A stretch of 64,000 bases of DNA from the human T2T-CHM13v2.0 reference genome, Homo sapiens: NCBI RefSeq assembly GCF_009914755.1, contig NC_060937.1; one strand, given 5' to 3'. The notes below the pieces were generated by a model, which made no database searches, was not told where the DNA came from, and saw only the letters and a program-made list of their open reading frames with translations. How positions within the stretch are numbered: position 1 is the first letter of the stretch; every line of letters begins with the position of its first letter. The translations under genes were made by a program, and so were the position numbers. Positions 16,483 to 41,748 of this stretch are shown one piece after another.

Positions 16483-20360
<3,878 letters not shown>

Positions 20361-20529
20361 CAGATTCTGCCTTTTTTCACAGCCTTTAGTCTTTGACCAA
20401 TGGACCAAGTCTCACACCTTGAAGACAAGGGTAAGCAGGAGTAAAGCACAAGTGATAGGGAGAGAACAACTTACCAGGTTCCCTAAAGAAATTGAAAATA
20501 GAAGTAGAAATAGAAACAGAATGGTCTAG

Positions 20530-21724
20530 AGCAAAACTTGGCAGACGTTTTCTGTACAAAGCCAGATAGTAAATGTTTTAGGCTTTGTGGGCCATTCAGC
20601 TTCTATCACAACTATTCAACTCTGTTGTTAAAATTTGAAAGCACCCACAAAAAAAAATGTAAATAAACAGGAATAGTTGAATTCCAGTAAAACCTTAATT
20701 ACAAAAATAGGCAGCAACAACTTAGCAAGAGAAAAATAAGCAACCCAATTCAAAAATAAGCAAGGGACTTGAAGAGACACATCTCCAAAGAACATATAAA
20801 AATGACAAGCACACAAAAAGATGCTCAATATCACTAAACATTATGGAAATGCAAATAAAAACTACAAGGTACCACTTTACATACATTAAGGTGGCTATTA
20901 TAATTTTAAAAAAACAGAAAATAACAAGTGTTGACAAGGACATGGAGAAATTAGAACTCTTGTGCATTACTAGTAGGAATGTAAAATGGTGCAAACACTG
21001 TGGAAAAATTATATGGTGATTCCTCAAAAAGTTAAACATGGAATTATCTTATGACTCAGACATTCCACTTCTAGGTATATACACAAAAGAAATAAACTGA
21101 GGCACAAAAACAAGTATTTGTACATCAATGTTCATAACAGCACTATTCACAATAGACTAAAAGTGAACCCAACCAGATGTCCATCAGTAGAAGAACAAAT
21201 AAGCAAAATGCGACATATATACATATATATAATGGGGTATTATTCATCCTTAAAAAGGAAGGAAATTCTGACATGTGCAACAACATAGATGAACGTTGAA
21301 GACATCATGTTAAGTAAAATAAGCCAGTCACAAAAGGGCAAATATTGTATGATTCCACTTAAAATTCTTTTAAGCCTTGGTTTTTTTTCTAGTTCCATAT
21401 TGTTTTTGTAAATAAGGTTTTATTGGAATAGAGTAAACGAATTCACAGAAAGTACAATGGTGGTTGGCAAGGGACTAGGGGAAGGGGAAATGGAGAGTAA
21501 GTGTTTAATGGGTAGAGAATTTCAGTTACAGAAGATGAAAGAGTTCTGGAGATGGATGGTGGTTGAACAACAATGCAAATGTACTTAATGCCATGGAATC
21601 CCTATACACATAAAAATTGTTAAAATGGTTAATCTTATTATAAATATTTTACCACAATAAAAGAAGTAAAAATAATTAAAATTTAAAAAAATAAAACAGG
21701 CAGGCTGCAGTTTGTTAAGCCTTG
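20530..21724 (+). mobile_element. MER58A (hAT) interrupted by an L1MB-like 3' fragment (~20720-21692)
   Basis: ttttctgtacaaagccagatagtaaatgttttaggctttgtgggcc...attcaactctg; resumes aaaacaggcaggctgcagtttg. L1M 3' UTR gagttctggagatggatggtgg. Approximate TSD aaaa(t/c)aggcag. Confidence 0.75.
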
Positions 21725-21843
21725 AATTAAAGCTGGATATTGTATATATTTCTGAAGAGGAAGCATATGATAGTTAGGATGGGTTAGATTATGCTGCAGT
21801 AACAATCTCAGAAAACTCAGTGGCTTAAAACTAGAAGAGTTGA

Positions 21844-28682
<6,839 letters not shown>

Positions 28683-29091
28683 AAAACTAGAAGAGTTGAT
28701 TTTTCACTCATACTCTATGCTAGCACAGATTGGCAGGTCGGCTTTGCTCCACGTGCAGATTGCTCCATTTGCTCACTGTGTCTTGAGATGCCACCGTTTT
28801 CCTGTGATGCTTCATGGGGTTCACCACTGCAAAGAAGGAGCAGAGCTGGAGGATTGCACAGCAGCCATGAAATGCTCTAGCCCAGACGTGACACAGCTCT
28901 TTTGTTCACAACCCAGGGGCAATAATTAATTACTCAACTGCAAGGAAGCAGGAAAGTGTAATCCTCCTATGTGCCTAGGAAGAGAGGAGAACTAGATTTG
29001 GAAGAAATTAGAACTCTCTGTGAGAAACTAAATATTTTTCACAAGATACTAGAAACCCAAGATAATATAAGTTCAGGAACATATACATCTG

Positions 29092-29513
29092 AAGCCAGGC
29101 ACAGAAAGTCAAACATCACATGTTCTTACTTATTTGTGGGATCTAAAACTCGAAACAATAAAACACATGGAGATACAGAGTAGAAAGGTGGTTATCAGAG
29201 GCTGGGAAGGATAGTGCAGGGTGGAGGGGAGGTGGTGATGGTTAAGAATAAGAATAAGACCTAGCGTTTGATAGCACAACACGGTGACTATAGCCAAAAT
29301 GATTTAATTGTGTATTTTAAAATAACTAAAAGAATATAATTGGATTGTTTGTAACATGAAGGATAAATGATTGCAGGGATGGATATCCTCTTTTCCATGA
29401 TGAGATTACTACACATTGTATGCCTATATCAAAATATCTCATGTACCCCATAAATATACATATCTACTACGTACCCACAAAGATCAAAAATTAAAAAAAA
29501 CTGACAAAAAAGA
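29092..29513 (+). mobile_element. L1MA1/2-like 3' fragment
   Basis: L1MA 3' UTR; 14-bp TSD aacatatacatctg at 29078-29091 and 29514-29527. Confidence 0.82.
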
Positions 29514-30235
29514 AACATATACATCTGTTTACCAGGCTTATTGTAAGTTCTTCAGTGGCTATGATAATGTGTTCCATTTTAATAAGAAATCATAAAAAAT
29601 ATCCCTAAAATTATTACAGTAGTGCCTATGAGGAAATTCCAGGAGCTTATTATAATGCCTCAACCCCAATAAAAATAGAATAGAGGGCTTCTATAGGTTA
29701 CCACCCACCTGAACAGCTGGAACTAAGGCTCAGCAATTATAATACCCCTGCAAAACTAAACACACCTAGTTAGCGAAAAGGAGAAAGAGTGACCTTAACG
29801 TTGGAAATGCCTGAGGGAAGCAGCATGCCAGCCAGAACAATTACCTAGCAATACCTTGCAAATTAGTACAAGCCCATAGTTCAAAAATATTCCCAGAACT
29901 TACATAAGAGCCATCATTCAAGACTAAATATTATTGGCCTGGATAGAAGAAAAACTCTTTAAAGCCTTAATTTCCAAAATAATTTCGTTTTATTTTTAAT
30001 TAGACAAAAACATTCAGCCATATGAAACACTCAGTTCTTACGCCCCATGGTAATAAGGAATGACAAGTCCTTTTCTTTCTAACTTAGACTTCTGCCTTTC
30101 AAAATTGAAGCTTGTATTACTGCTATCATAATTTAAATTAAGGTGCTTCCCTAGCAGCTCCTAGCAGACTGTCTTGGACATCTCTCTTGCCTATCCAAAC
30201 TCCTAGAAATTGTGTTCTCAAAAGTCCAGTGTCTT

Positions 30236-30531
30236 GACTGGATGTGGTGGCTCATGCCTTTAATCCCAGCACTTTGGGAGGCTGAAGTGGGCAGATTACT
30301 TGAGGTTAGGAGTTCGAGACTAGCCTGGCCAACATGGTGAAACCCCATCTCTATAAAAATACAGAAATAGCTGGGCGTGGTGGCATGCACCTTTAATCCC
30401 AGCTACTCAGGAGGCCAAGGCAGGAGAATCGCTTCAACCTGGGAGGCAGGGATTACAGTGAGCTGAGACTGTGCCACTGCACTCCAGCCTGGGCGACAGA
30501 GCGAGACTCCGACTCAAAAAAAAAAAAAAAA
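30236..30531 (+). mobile_element. AluS (Sx/Sz-like)
   Basis: Full dimer plus poly-A; degenerate TSD. Confidence 0.93.
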
Positions 30532-31155
30532 TCTAATGTCTCTTTTAGAGCAAAGCATTTTTAAGCACAACATTACTATATCTCTGTATGTTACAACAGA
30601 GATTTAAACTATGTGACATCCCCAAATTTTTCTAACCATCTCTCAAATCTCCTTCCCATGAGGTCAGGTTTGTGAGGTCCCTTGGAACAGAGGCTGCTAA
30701 GGACCATCGAAATAGAGTTTGGCCCTGCTGCAGAGGGACTCCTGATCGACAATCAAAGGTTGTTTCTCTTTCTTATTTTCTTAAAGGAAAGTTGCCTTAT
30801 TTTCATGCTAACCTGGACATATCATCAGGTTATTTGTCATTGGTCTTCCTAAAACAGAGGACAAAGTAGAAGGTGCGAGGTGTCACGCGGCTGTGCAGGG
30901 GCCCTCACAGGAGAAGGTTCAGGTGTGCAGAGTGGTGAGAGGAGGGCCTGCAGGACACTGCCCATGCTGTAGCTGTTCTTTTAACTCCAGATTTGCAATT
31001 CCAAATCTCTTACTTCTCCTTTCTCTCCTTGCCTTTTTTCCCTCTCCCATGAGCACTGACTCCTCCCTCTTGCGTCTATCCTTATATTGAATTAAACCGG
31101 AAATAGCGGTCCATGTGACCTTCCTCTAAAGGCCCTATAATCAAAAGGAGGAGTT

Positions 31156-31557
<402 letters not shown>

Positions 31558-33451
31558 CTAGTATTCCCAGCCCAAGTAGCAAATTGAGAGCCACCAAACG
31601 GAGGATGGAAAAAAAGAAAATGCATCCTTGCTCTACCTCTAGCTGCATGGAATGCAACTGGTGTATGAAGGCCCAATGTTTGGCTTGTTCTGTAGAAAGT
31701 AAATCATAGGTTTCAAAATCCGGTTGCTGGCTTCCCTGGAGGAATCACTTTAAATCGTGACTACTACACTTCTCCAGGGCACATGACCAACCTACCAGCC
31801 ATTAGTCACCTTGTCTGTCCCTGGCTTATAACTTGGATAATGCATTGTTCTGGAAATGTCATCTGGGCTTTTTAACATTTGAGTTCTTTGCTGAAATGTA
31901 CTCTGAACTGGCATGCTTAGAGGAATGAAAGGATAAAGATTTTTTATTTCCTGCAGAGAGGGAAGAGGGCAGTTCTCACAACAGGCTTACTTCTTCCTTC
32001 TATTTCTTCCCTTTCCTCTGTCATCCAATATGGGTAACAATAAAGAGAATCAGTTTGCAAAGTGAAGCTAATGGCTGAGTTGACAGTAGCATTTTCAATG
32101 CAATGCTTACATATTCAGTGCTCTTGCCTTGACTCACAAATGTCTGTTCCCATGGAACACTGGCTACATCACACTAATATAAGCATCACCACACTTATAC
32201 ATATTAAGGATTTTAAGACAAGAGGAAAGTAATTACTTGGAGGAAGAATAATTGACTGTACCGGGGTCAGTTGGAGAGGGTCTAGGAGTGGTGGATCCAC
32301 TGGGTCAGAAAGATTCTGTAGCCATTCCAGTCTGTGATGGTTCTGCCTCACATCAGTGATGTTTGGAAGGTTAAGGTGGACATCATGGCTGGATAATGAC
32401 TCATCAGGCTGGGTTTTCCTTCTGCATTGGAGTGCTTTAGAAAGAAGGAAGCCAGTGCAAGGAAAGCCCTGAGCTGATTCCTTACTTGGGTCGAGCCCTC
32501 TTGAAGAGGATGGGCATTTCCCCATCCTCCTGTGGAGATGCCTGAGAAGGTCAGCAGAGGTGACACAACAGATCTTATAGACATGAGAGCACTGAGTGAC
32601 CGTCAATAGGTGAAGAAATATGTCTCACTAACACATTAAGGTCATTTCTTGCTTATAGAGGGAAAACCAGAATATAATTCTAACTCTGAAGGTCCAGCCT
32701 TGTACAGAAGGACAAAACCCAAGAAACATACATACATTTCTATTCAAATTTATTTATGCTTCTTTTTATTTCCTTTAATGATGGAATGGTTTTTATCTGA
32801 CCAGGAACTTATCATAATTGTCTTTCTTAGAAGACTTAATAGAAGACAGTTTTTTTCACTTCTAATATCATTTGTTTAATATGTTCTAGATATTTTTTCA
32901 AAATTGATTGAATCAACATCACTTTTAACTTCAAAAGGCATCATTTATAAGACAATATTTAAGCGGCAGTTCACCATTATAAATTAGTTTGATGAATTAT
33001 GATATTATCTGCATTTAAGGTAAAAGATCTATTTGATTATTTAGGAAAAATCAGTAAATAAGGACCTGTGCAATTGCCTTTTGGGACCTTTGTTGATTTC
33101 TCTCATTCAAAGGGACACTATTATGGGTATTATCTGCACCTAGATGTTTAATGGCAGTGATGGTGATGATGATGATGATGATAGCAATAACATATGGCTT
33201 TATTTGGGAAATAATTCCTTTTATCTTATGCTAACTGCTAGGTGTCAGATATTCTATTTCAAAGCTGGTGTGGAATCCACAAGCTTGCTTTTAAATATCC
33301 ATGGCAGTGCTGTATTCATAAACACTTCCTTGGAAATGTTATAGTCCTGGTAGGCATACTCCCTTAAGAAATAATAATAGTGACTACCTAAATGAGGACA
33401 ATGAATCTTTTTAAAACATTGATCCCTCCTCATGGTTTCCAAAAGTCAAGA

Positions 33452-34008
33452 TGTATTGGTTATCCATTGCAACATAACAAATGGCATGCAAAACAAATCA
33501 CTACCCCAAAATGTAGTGATTTAAAACAATAAAATATATTATTTCCACTTTCGGAATTTAAAAGCAGCTTCAAGGGTGGTTCTGGCTTAGGGCATCTCAT
33601 GAGTTGTGGTCAAAATGAAGGCTGGAGCTGATGTCATCCACACACTTCACTGGAACTGAAGGATCTGCTTCCAGGTTGGCTCACTCACACGCCTGGCGAG
33701 TCGCTGCTGCAAACCTCGGTTTCCCCCTACGTGAGCCTCTCCTCATGCAGCTTGGATGTCCTGAAACACAGTGATGAGTGACCCCCTGTTGAAAGCAATC
33801 CAAGAAGGCAAGGCAGAAATAGCGCCTGTTGTGATCCAGCCTCAGAAGTCACATACTGTGACTTCCAGTACATTCTATGAGTTAGAAGCAAATAACTAAG
33901 TCTACGCACATGCCAGGGGAGGGAAATTAAGAAGGGGAGGGACATGAGGTACGATCTTTCGAAGGAGCAATTTTGAAAGATTCGTGGACATATTTTAAAA
34001 CCACCACA
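33452..34008 (-). mobile_element. MLT1-family MaLR LTR
   Basis: tgtattggttatccattgc...ccccaaaatgtagtg and catattttaaaaccaccaca termini. Confidence 0.75.
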
Positions 34009-34209
34009 TAAGGTTGTGTAGTCCCCAGATGAAACCGTTTGTGTTCAGTAAAATATTCTCACTTTAAAAAAATACATTTATTGAGCATTTTATAAGCATG
34101 ACTTGAAAGTGATAAAATACTTTGATCACAGTCATTCTTTATGTGTGGCATGCTGACTGCATTGAAACTACAGAACTTGAATAACAATCCTTTGCAAATA
34201 CAAGCATTT

Positions 34210-34846
34210 GTACAGTGATAGCTCAGTGTGCCAGATAATAGGCCACTGCCTCTCAGTGCCAAACCCACCCTCTGTACTCTCCCCTGTGATTCTCCTGCCA
34301 GCTTCTCCTTGTCAGGTGCTGCCGACAGGAGAATTAAACAGAGATTGCAAGGCTAGAGGAGGTAGAAGAGATTTGCTCCTTCCTCCTTGCTTCCTGTGTC
34401 ACCCTGCTTTCCTTCTCTACGCCAGCAGGTGCAGCTCCTTCCCAGAGCATCAACGGAACCAGTGCATTTTCCCGGTACTTGTGCATCTAGCCCCATTGTA
34501 TGCCATCAGAAATACCGGCCAACCAGTGTCCCTGCCTTAGAAGCCAGGAAACCTACTCTCAGCTCAGAGAAACAAGTACCTGCTAAGCAATGGCTCCTTC
34601 TCAGAATTCTCGGTTTCAGCTCCGTGAGATCTCTCTTCCATGTTTCTAAGGTTTTCCAATTCCCACCTTTTCTCCTTGTTCTCCCAGCCCCAACAGTGGT
34701 AGCTACTTCCTGCATTTGATCCCTCCACAATAACTTCATTCATTTTGCCTTTCATTTCTTAGTTAACCGTTCTTTACATTAAATTCTCTCTTTTAAAACA
34801 AAACAAGTGGTGGTCTCTGTCTCCTGACTGTGTCCTGACTGCTACG
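34210..34846 (+). mobile_element. Old ERVL-type LTR (LTR33/LTR41-like)
   Basis: 3' end ttacattaaattctctc...gtggtctctgtctcctgactg...ctgactgctac resembles ERVL LTR ends. Confidence 0.45.
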
Positions 34847-36594
34847 TTCATAATGTAATTGTCCAAAAGAACAAGGAGATATGTGTAATGGAGGCTGTTG
34901 CTCAGAGTCTGGAAATTAGGTAAAGTCACAGGAAAATATTAGGGTGCCCTTACCAGTGCTTGGAGTCATTTAAGGTTGTACAACAAAATTATCAGTCATG
35001 AAATGGGGAACTATTATAAGCTGAATGCTTTGAATGTGAAAAGATAAATCTATTAGTGCTGTGGGTCTTTAAAGATCAAATCAGATGCACAGGGAAACAC
35101 TGACTACCTTCAGAGCACCCTAGAGATGGATAAAGGGAGATGAGGGGTCCCACTTATGAAGAGGGCATGCGGGAAGTACTGGAGAACAGGCTATCCTGAT
35201 ACTTACAACCCTTTAACCAGATACAAACTCCGCTAAGGTGTCACTCTGACATTAAAGTTAGGAATCTTCTATCTTGTGCTGAAAAGGGAAACCTTTGTGT
35301 TCATTCTCCCCGGGCATGAGAGATATATGAAAAGTAATCCTGTGTCACCTTGCTGTCTATGACAGAAATATTAGCTACATCCTCAATTAATAGCAAAGAT
35401 TTTCATCAAGTGAAGGCAATACTGTCCCAAACTGGCAGGTATAGATTAAAGGAAAAAATAAGTCCAGAAGTCTGTTTTAGAAGGAAACTGTTATATGATT
35501 TTTTAAATGCCATCTGAGCAGAGAAAACACATTAAAAGTGGGGTGCAGAGGGTCACATATAAAACCGACTGGTTTTGACCCCAAACCATCTAGTGTATTT
35601 CTTGTAGAAATACTAATAAAGAACTTTTCTAGTTCTCTCTCTCTCTGTCTCTCTCCCTATCTCTCTCTCTGTCTCTCTCCTGCGCCCCCCACCCCTCCCT
35701 GCCTGTCTCACCATGGGTCGCCTAAGCACAGACACATCCATCTATCTGATTCACGGGGTAGTGGGAAGAGATAGTCTGCCTTTTCTGTTTCAACCCCAGC
35801 TACTTTGTTCTTTTTATCGTTTTTATTCCTTAGATATGACTATGATTTACATGCATATTTCTTAAATATATTCTGGGGGGTTAAAAAGACATCACTGCCA
35901 GAGCTACAAATTAGACTACCCAAGGCCATCTCCCCTTTACCCATTATATAAAGAAAGGAACAAGAAACATGGTTACAGAGTCACTGACGTGAATCCAGAA
36001 GTCAAATTTTAAAAAAAAAAAAAAAACAAAAAAGGAGTTTAATATGAGTTGGAAATAACAGAATATTAAATCAACCATAATAGCATGGATTACAAAATTT
36101 TAAGTATATACACAGTAAGTTCTAGAGAAGAACTACTATAATTGAAATTTTATTATACAAGTACTTATTTCAAAATTGCTGGGTTGAAACTAAATTAGCT
36201 CTTCCATATGGTTAAGTGGTTGTTTTTAGTTTGGGGTGAAATTTTGTTACAAGGCTAAGTATGAAATCTGTTTCCATAAATTTGCTTTAATTGCCTGCGT
36301 CTCCTAACCAAGAAGGAATATAAAGAACTGGGGCTATAAAGTGATAGTTTACCACCACCAAGACTTTAAGAAAATGTTACCAAATATTACAAGTTTAATA
36401 AAAGTCTTAACTATTGGAAATGTGAGGTGTTCTCAGAAAACTCAGTTCTTTATCTGGGCTAAAATCCAGGATCAGAGCACTAGCCCTCCACCACCCACAA
36501 CACATAAAGGGCATAAAATCAGGGCAGAGGTAGCAAGACTCTACCCTGTGCTCATTCTCAGAGGGAGGAAACATGTACAGAAATTAAGGGCATG

Positions 36595-36948
<354 letters not shown>

Positions 36949-37086
36949 CTACATAGTTCACCTGTCTCACCCCAATTTATTCGTCTGCAAATGGGACCAC
37001 CAGCAAAGCTACTCTCAAGGGTACCAGAGATGCCCACATTGTCAAACTGAATGAGCTCTTTTCCACCTGGATAGTGGAAATACCCC

Positions 37087-37205
37087 TGAGATGCTTAATT
37101 CTATGTGTCAACTTGGCTAGACTGTGATGTCAAGCTATCTGGTCAAACACCAGTCTAGAAGTGGCTGTCAAGATGTTTTTCAAATGGGATTAACATTTAA
37201 ATCAG
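37087..37205 (+). mobile_element. Duplicated 5' fragment of the downstream MLT2 LTR
   Basis: Aligns to 37822-37940, including the upstream flank gtggaaatacccc. Confidence 0.75.
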
Positions 37206-37209
37206 ACCT

Positions 37210-39110
37210 AGAACTCTTGACTTCATTTGGCACAGCTAAGACTGCCCCCCTTTTGAAACAATTTTCCCTATGCTTTCCACAAAGGAAGCCTTCTCAGCTC
37301 ACACTCCTGCTCTGGTTCACAGTGCAATGAACCAGTCCTTCCTGACATCCTTTGGGCCATGTTTAGTAGGAGTTGAGGGCACTATTGTATAAGATCACTG
37401 ATGGAGAATGCCATGTCCCCTGCTCACTCTGCCATGGCATTTCCCAGGTGAAATATCAGCTTCTCAACATCTGAGCTAAGCTCCCCGCCTTCCCTGCCTT
37501 TTCTGCACCTAAGGATGCCCACACTGTTTCTTTCTCTCTCTTCCTTCTTCCTTCCCTCTCTCTCCACTCTCCCTGGTAGTATCTCTCTCCCCTACCCACT
37601 GAAGTTGCCTGGATGGATGAGGTAGGGCTGTGCTCTTTGCTTACCCCAGAAATTGAGGGGATGATCTTGATTGTTCCTGCTTTTTATCCCCTTTCGCAAT
37701 CAACACCAAGTTTGCTCATTCTATTTTCAAACTAAAGCTTGACTCCAGCCACTTCTCTCAATCCCCTCAGTCATCACCCTAGTCCACCATCTTCTCTCAC
37801 TTTGATGGTGGAAATACCCCCTGAGATGGTTAATTCTGTATGGCAACTTGGCCAGGCTGTGATGTCAAGCTGTCTTGTCAAACACCCATCTAGAAGTGTC
37901 TGTGACGGTGTTTTTCAGAGTGATTAACATTTAAATAAGTAGATTTTCAGGAAAGCAGATTATCCTCCATAGCTGGGCTTCATGCAATTTTTGATAGCCT
38001 GAAGAGAAAAGATCTAGGTCCCCTGAAGAGGAAAGAATTCTGCCTCCAGATTGCCACTGGACTCAGGACTGCATCATCAACCCCTGCTGGAATTTCCAGC
38101 CCACTTGCCCTGTAGACTTGCTAGCCCCCACAATTAAGTGAGCCATCTCCTTAACATTCTCTCTCTCTCTCTCTCTCTGTGCCCCTAACCTCTAGTTATG
38201 CTCTCTGGAGAACCCTAATATAGCCCCCACAGTGGTTTCCCTACCAGAGCTCTCCTGTCTGGTCTCCACAAGGTAGCCAGACTGTTGGTTTTTAAAGCAT
38301 AAATTATATCATGTCATTTTCCAGTGTAAAACATGTCTGTCGCTTTCCATCACATTTAGAATAAAATCCAAAATCCTTAAAATGCTCTTCAAATCTTGAC
38401 ATGATCTGATCTCTGTCCCCACTCTGGAGCCTCCTCTCCATCCTGTGGCTACTTGGTGCACCACAATGGGCTTCTTCTCTGTTTCTCCAGTGTGCCAAAC
38501 TGCTTCTCCCCTCAGAAGCTCTTCCCTTGGCCTGGGGCACACTTCCTAACCCTCTCATAGGGCCTCCTCCTAATCATCCCTGTCACTTCCTCAATGAGGC
38601 TCTCTCCCTGACCCCCAGTAATAATACTAGCTAAAGGTTAACACTGTGCTGGGCTCTGTTCTAATCATTTTGCATATGTTAATTCATTCAGTCCTCACAA
38701 CAACTCTATAAAGTAGGTGTTATTATCACCATTTTACAGATGAGGAAAAGGAGGCACAGGAAGCTTAAGTAATGTACCTAAGATGACACAGCTAAGAAGT
38801 GGCAGAGCTGGAATTTGATCCAGGCCTCCTGGATCCAGAGTCTGTGAATTTAACCATTGAGTTAATCTGCCCCTAGGAGGCAAAATTGAATGGCTGCCTT
38901 TCATTCACAGTATTTACTAAAATTCATACTTTACATATAAATATACACACAAATACACACACATAGACATACATATATACATATAACATGCATACACACA
39001 TATGCATGTTGGTATGGTTATTTGCTAGCTCCCACCACTATCTGAGCAAGTACCATTAGGACAAGGACACTACCTTATGTTACTCACCTGTGTATCTAGT
39101 TCACTGTTTG
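37210..39110 (+). mobile_element. Fragmented L2 hosting an MLT2 LTR and a MIR (~38615-38870, minus)
   Basis: L2 motifs ttagaataaaatccaaaatcctt, tcacttcctcaatgaggctctctccctgacc; MIR cattttacagatgaggaaaaggaggcacagg. Confidence 0.65.
37822..38221 (+). mobile_element. MLT2D-like solo LTR
   Basis: tgagatggttaattct...gattaacatttaaat...gcagattatcctccat...ctctctggagaaccctaatat; C-rich TSD. Confidence 0.8.
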
Positions 39111-39114
39111 GTAC

Positions 39115-41748
39115 ATTAACAGCCTACCAACTAAAAAAAGCCCAGGACCAGAGGGCTTCACAGCCAAATTCTACCAGAGGTACGAAGAGGAGCTGGTTTC
39201 ATTCCTTCTGAAACTATTCCAAACAATGGAAAAATAGGGACTCCTCCCTAACTCATTTTATGAGACCAGTATCATCCTGATACCAAAACCTGGCAGAGAC
39301 ACAACAAAAAAAGAGAACTCCAGGCAAATATCCCTGATGAATATCAAAGCGAAAATCCTTAATAGAATACTGGCAAACTGAATCCAGCAGCACATCAAAA
39401 AGCTTATCTACCACTATCAAGTTGGCTTCATCCCTGGGTTCCAAGGCTGGTTCAACATATACAAATCAATAAACGTAATCCATCACATAAACAGAACCAA
39501 TGACAAAAACCACATGATTACCTCAATAGATGCAGAAAAGGCCTTTCATAAAATTCAACATCCCTTCATGCTAAAAACACTCAACAAATTAGGTATTGAT
39601 GGAACATATCTCAAAATAATAAGAGCTATTTATGACACACCCACAGCCAATATCATACTGAATGGGCAAAAGCTGGAAGCATTCCCTTTGAAAACTGGCA
39701 CAAGACAAGGATGCTGTCTCTCACCACTCCTATTCAACATAATATTGGAAGTTCTGGCCAGGGCAATCAGGCAGGAGAAAGAAATAAAGGTATTCAAATA
39801 GGAAGAGAGGAACTCAAATTGTACAATTTGCAGATGACATGATTGTATATTTAGAAAACCCCATCACCTCAGCCCAGAAAATCCTTAAGCTGATAAGCAA
39901 CTTCAGCAAAGTCTCAGGATACAAAATCAATGTGCAAAAATCACAAGCATTCCTATACACCAATAACAGAGAGCCAAATCATGAGTGAACTTCCATTCAT
40001 AATTGCTACAATGAGAATAAAATACCTAGGAATACAACTTACAAGGGATGTGTAGGACCTGTTCAAGGAGAACTACAAACCACTGCTAAACGAAGTGAGA
40101 GAGGACACAAACAAATGGAAAAACATTGCATGATCATGGATAGGAAGAAACAATATCGTGAAAATGGTCATACTGCCCAAAGTAATTTATAGATTCAATG
40201 CTATTCTCATCAAGCTACCATGGACTTTCTTCACAGAATTAGAAAAAACTACTGTAAATTTCATATGGAACCAAAAAAGAGCCTGTATAGCCAAGACAAT
40301 CCTAAGCAAAAAGAACAAAGCTGGAGACATCACGATACCTGACTTCAAACTATATTACAAGGCTACAGTAACCAAAACAGCAGGGTACTGGTATCAAAAC
40401 AGATATATAGACCAATGGAACAGAACAGAGGCCTCAGAAGTAACATGAAACATCTACAACCATCTGATCTTTGGTAAACCTAACAAAAACAAGCAGTGGG
40501 GAAAGGATTCTCTATTTAATAAATGGTGTTAGGAAAACTGGCTAGCCACATGCAGAAAACTGAAACTGGACCCCTTCCTTACACCTTATACAAAAATTAA
40601 CTCAAGATGGATTAAAGACTTAAACATAAGACCTAAAACCATAAAAACCCTAGAAGAAAACCTAGGCAATACCATTCAGGACATAGGAATGGGCAAAGAC
40701 TTCATGACTAAAATACCAAAAGTAATTGCAACAAGAGCCAAAATTGACAAATGGGATCTAATTAAAGAGCTTCTGCACAGCAAAAGAAACTATTATCAGA
40801 GTGAACAGGCAACCTACAGAATGGGAGAAAATTTTTGCAATCTATACATTTGACAAAGGACTAATACTCAGAATCTACAAGGAACTTAAACAAATTTACA
40901 AGAAAAAAACAACACCATCAAAAAGTGGGCAAAAAATATGAACAGACACTTCTCAAAAGAAGACATTTATGCAGGCAACAAACATGAAAAAAAGCTCATC
41001 ATCACTGGTCATTAGAGAAATGCAAATCAAAACTACAATGAGATACCAGCTCACACCAGTTAGAATGGTGATCATTAAAAAGTCAGGAAACAACATATGC
41101 TGGAGAGGAAGTGGAGAAATAGGAATGCTTTTACACTCTTGGTGGGAGTGTAAATTAGTTCAACCATTGTGGACGACAATGTGGCAATTCCTCAAGGATC
41201 TAGAACCAGAAACACGATTTGACCAGCCATCCCACTACTGGGTATATACCCAAATAATTTAAATCATTCTACTATAAAGACACACGCACATGTATGTTTA
41301 TTGCAGCACTTCACAATAGCAAAGACTTGGAATCAACTCAAATGCCCATCAATGACAGACTGGATAAAGAAAATGTGGCACATATACACCATGGAATACT
41401 ATGCAGACATAAAAAGAATGAGTTTATGTCCTCTGCAGTGACATGGATGAAGCTGGAAACCATCATCCTCAGCAAACTAACACACGAACAGAAAACCAAA
41501 CACTGCATGTTTTCACTCATAAGTGGGAGTTGAACAATAAGAACATATGGGCACAGGAAGGGGAACATCACACACCAGGTCCTGTTGGGAGGTGGGGGCC
41601 AAGGGGAGGGATAGCATTAGAAGAAATCTACCTAATGTAGATGATGGGTTGATAGGTGCAGCAAACCACCATGGCACATGTATACCTATGTAACAATCCT
41701 GCACATCCTGCATGTGTATCCCAGAACTTAAAGTATAATAAAAAAAAT
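39115..41748 (+). mobile_element. 5'-truncated LINE-1, L1PA8-like
   Basis: ORF2 RT/C-terminal fragments, 3' UTR gcagcaaaccaccatggcac, poly-A. Confidence 0.95.

Noticed and set aside
32169-32606. 145-aa minus-strand ORF
   Set aside because: No recognisable domain or splice context; length compatible with chance.
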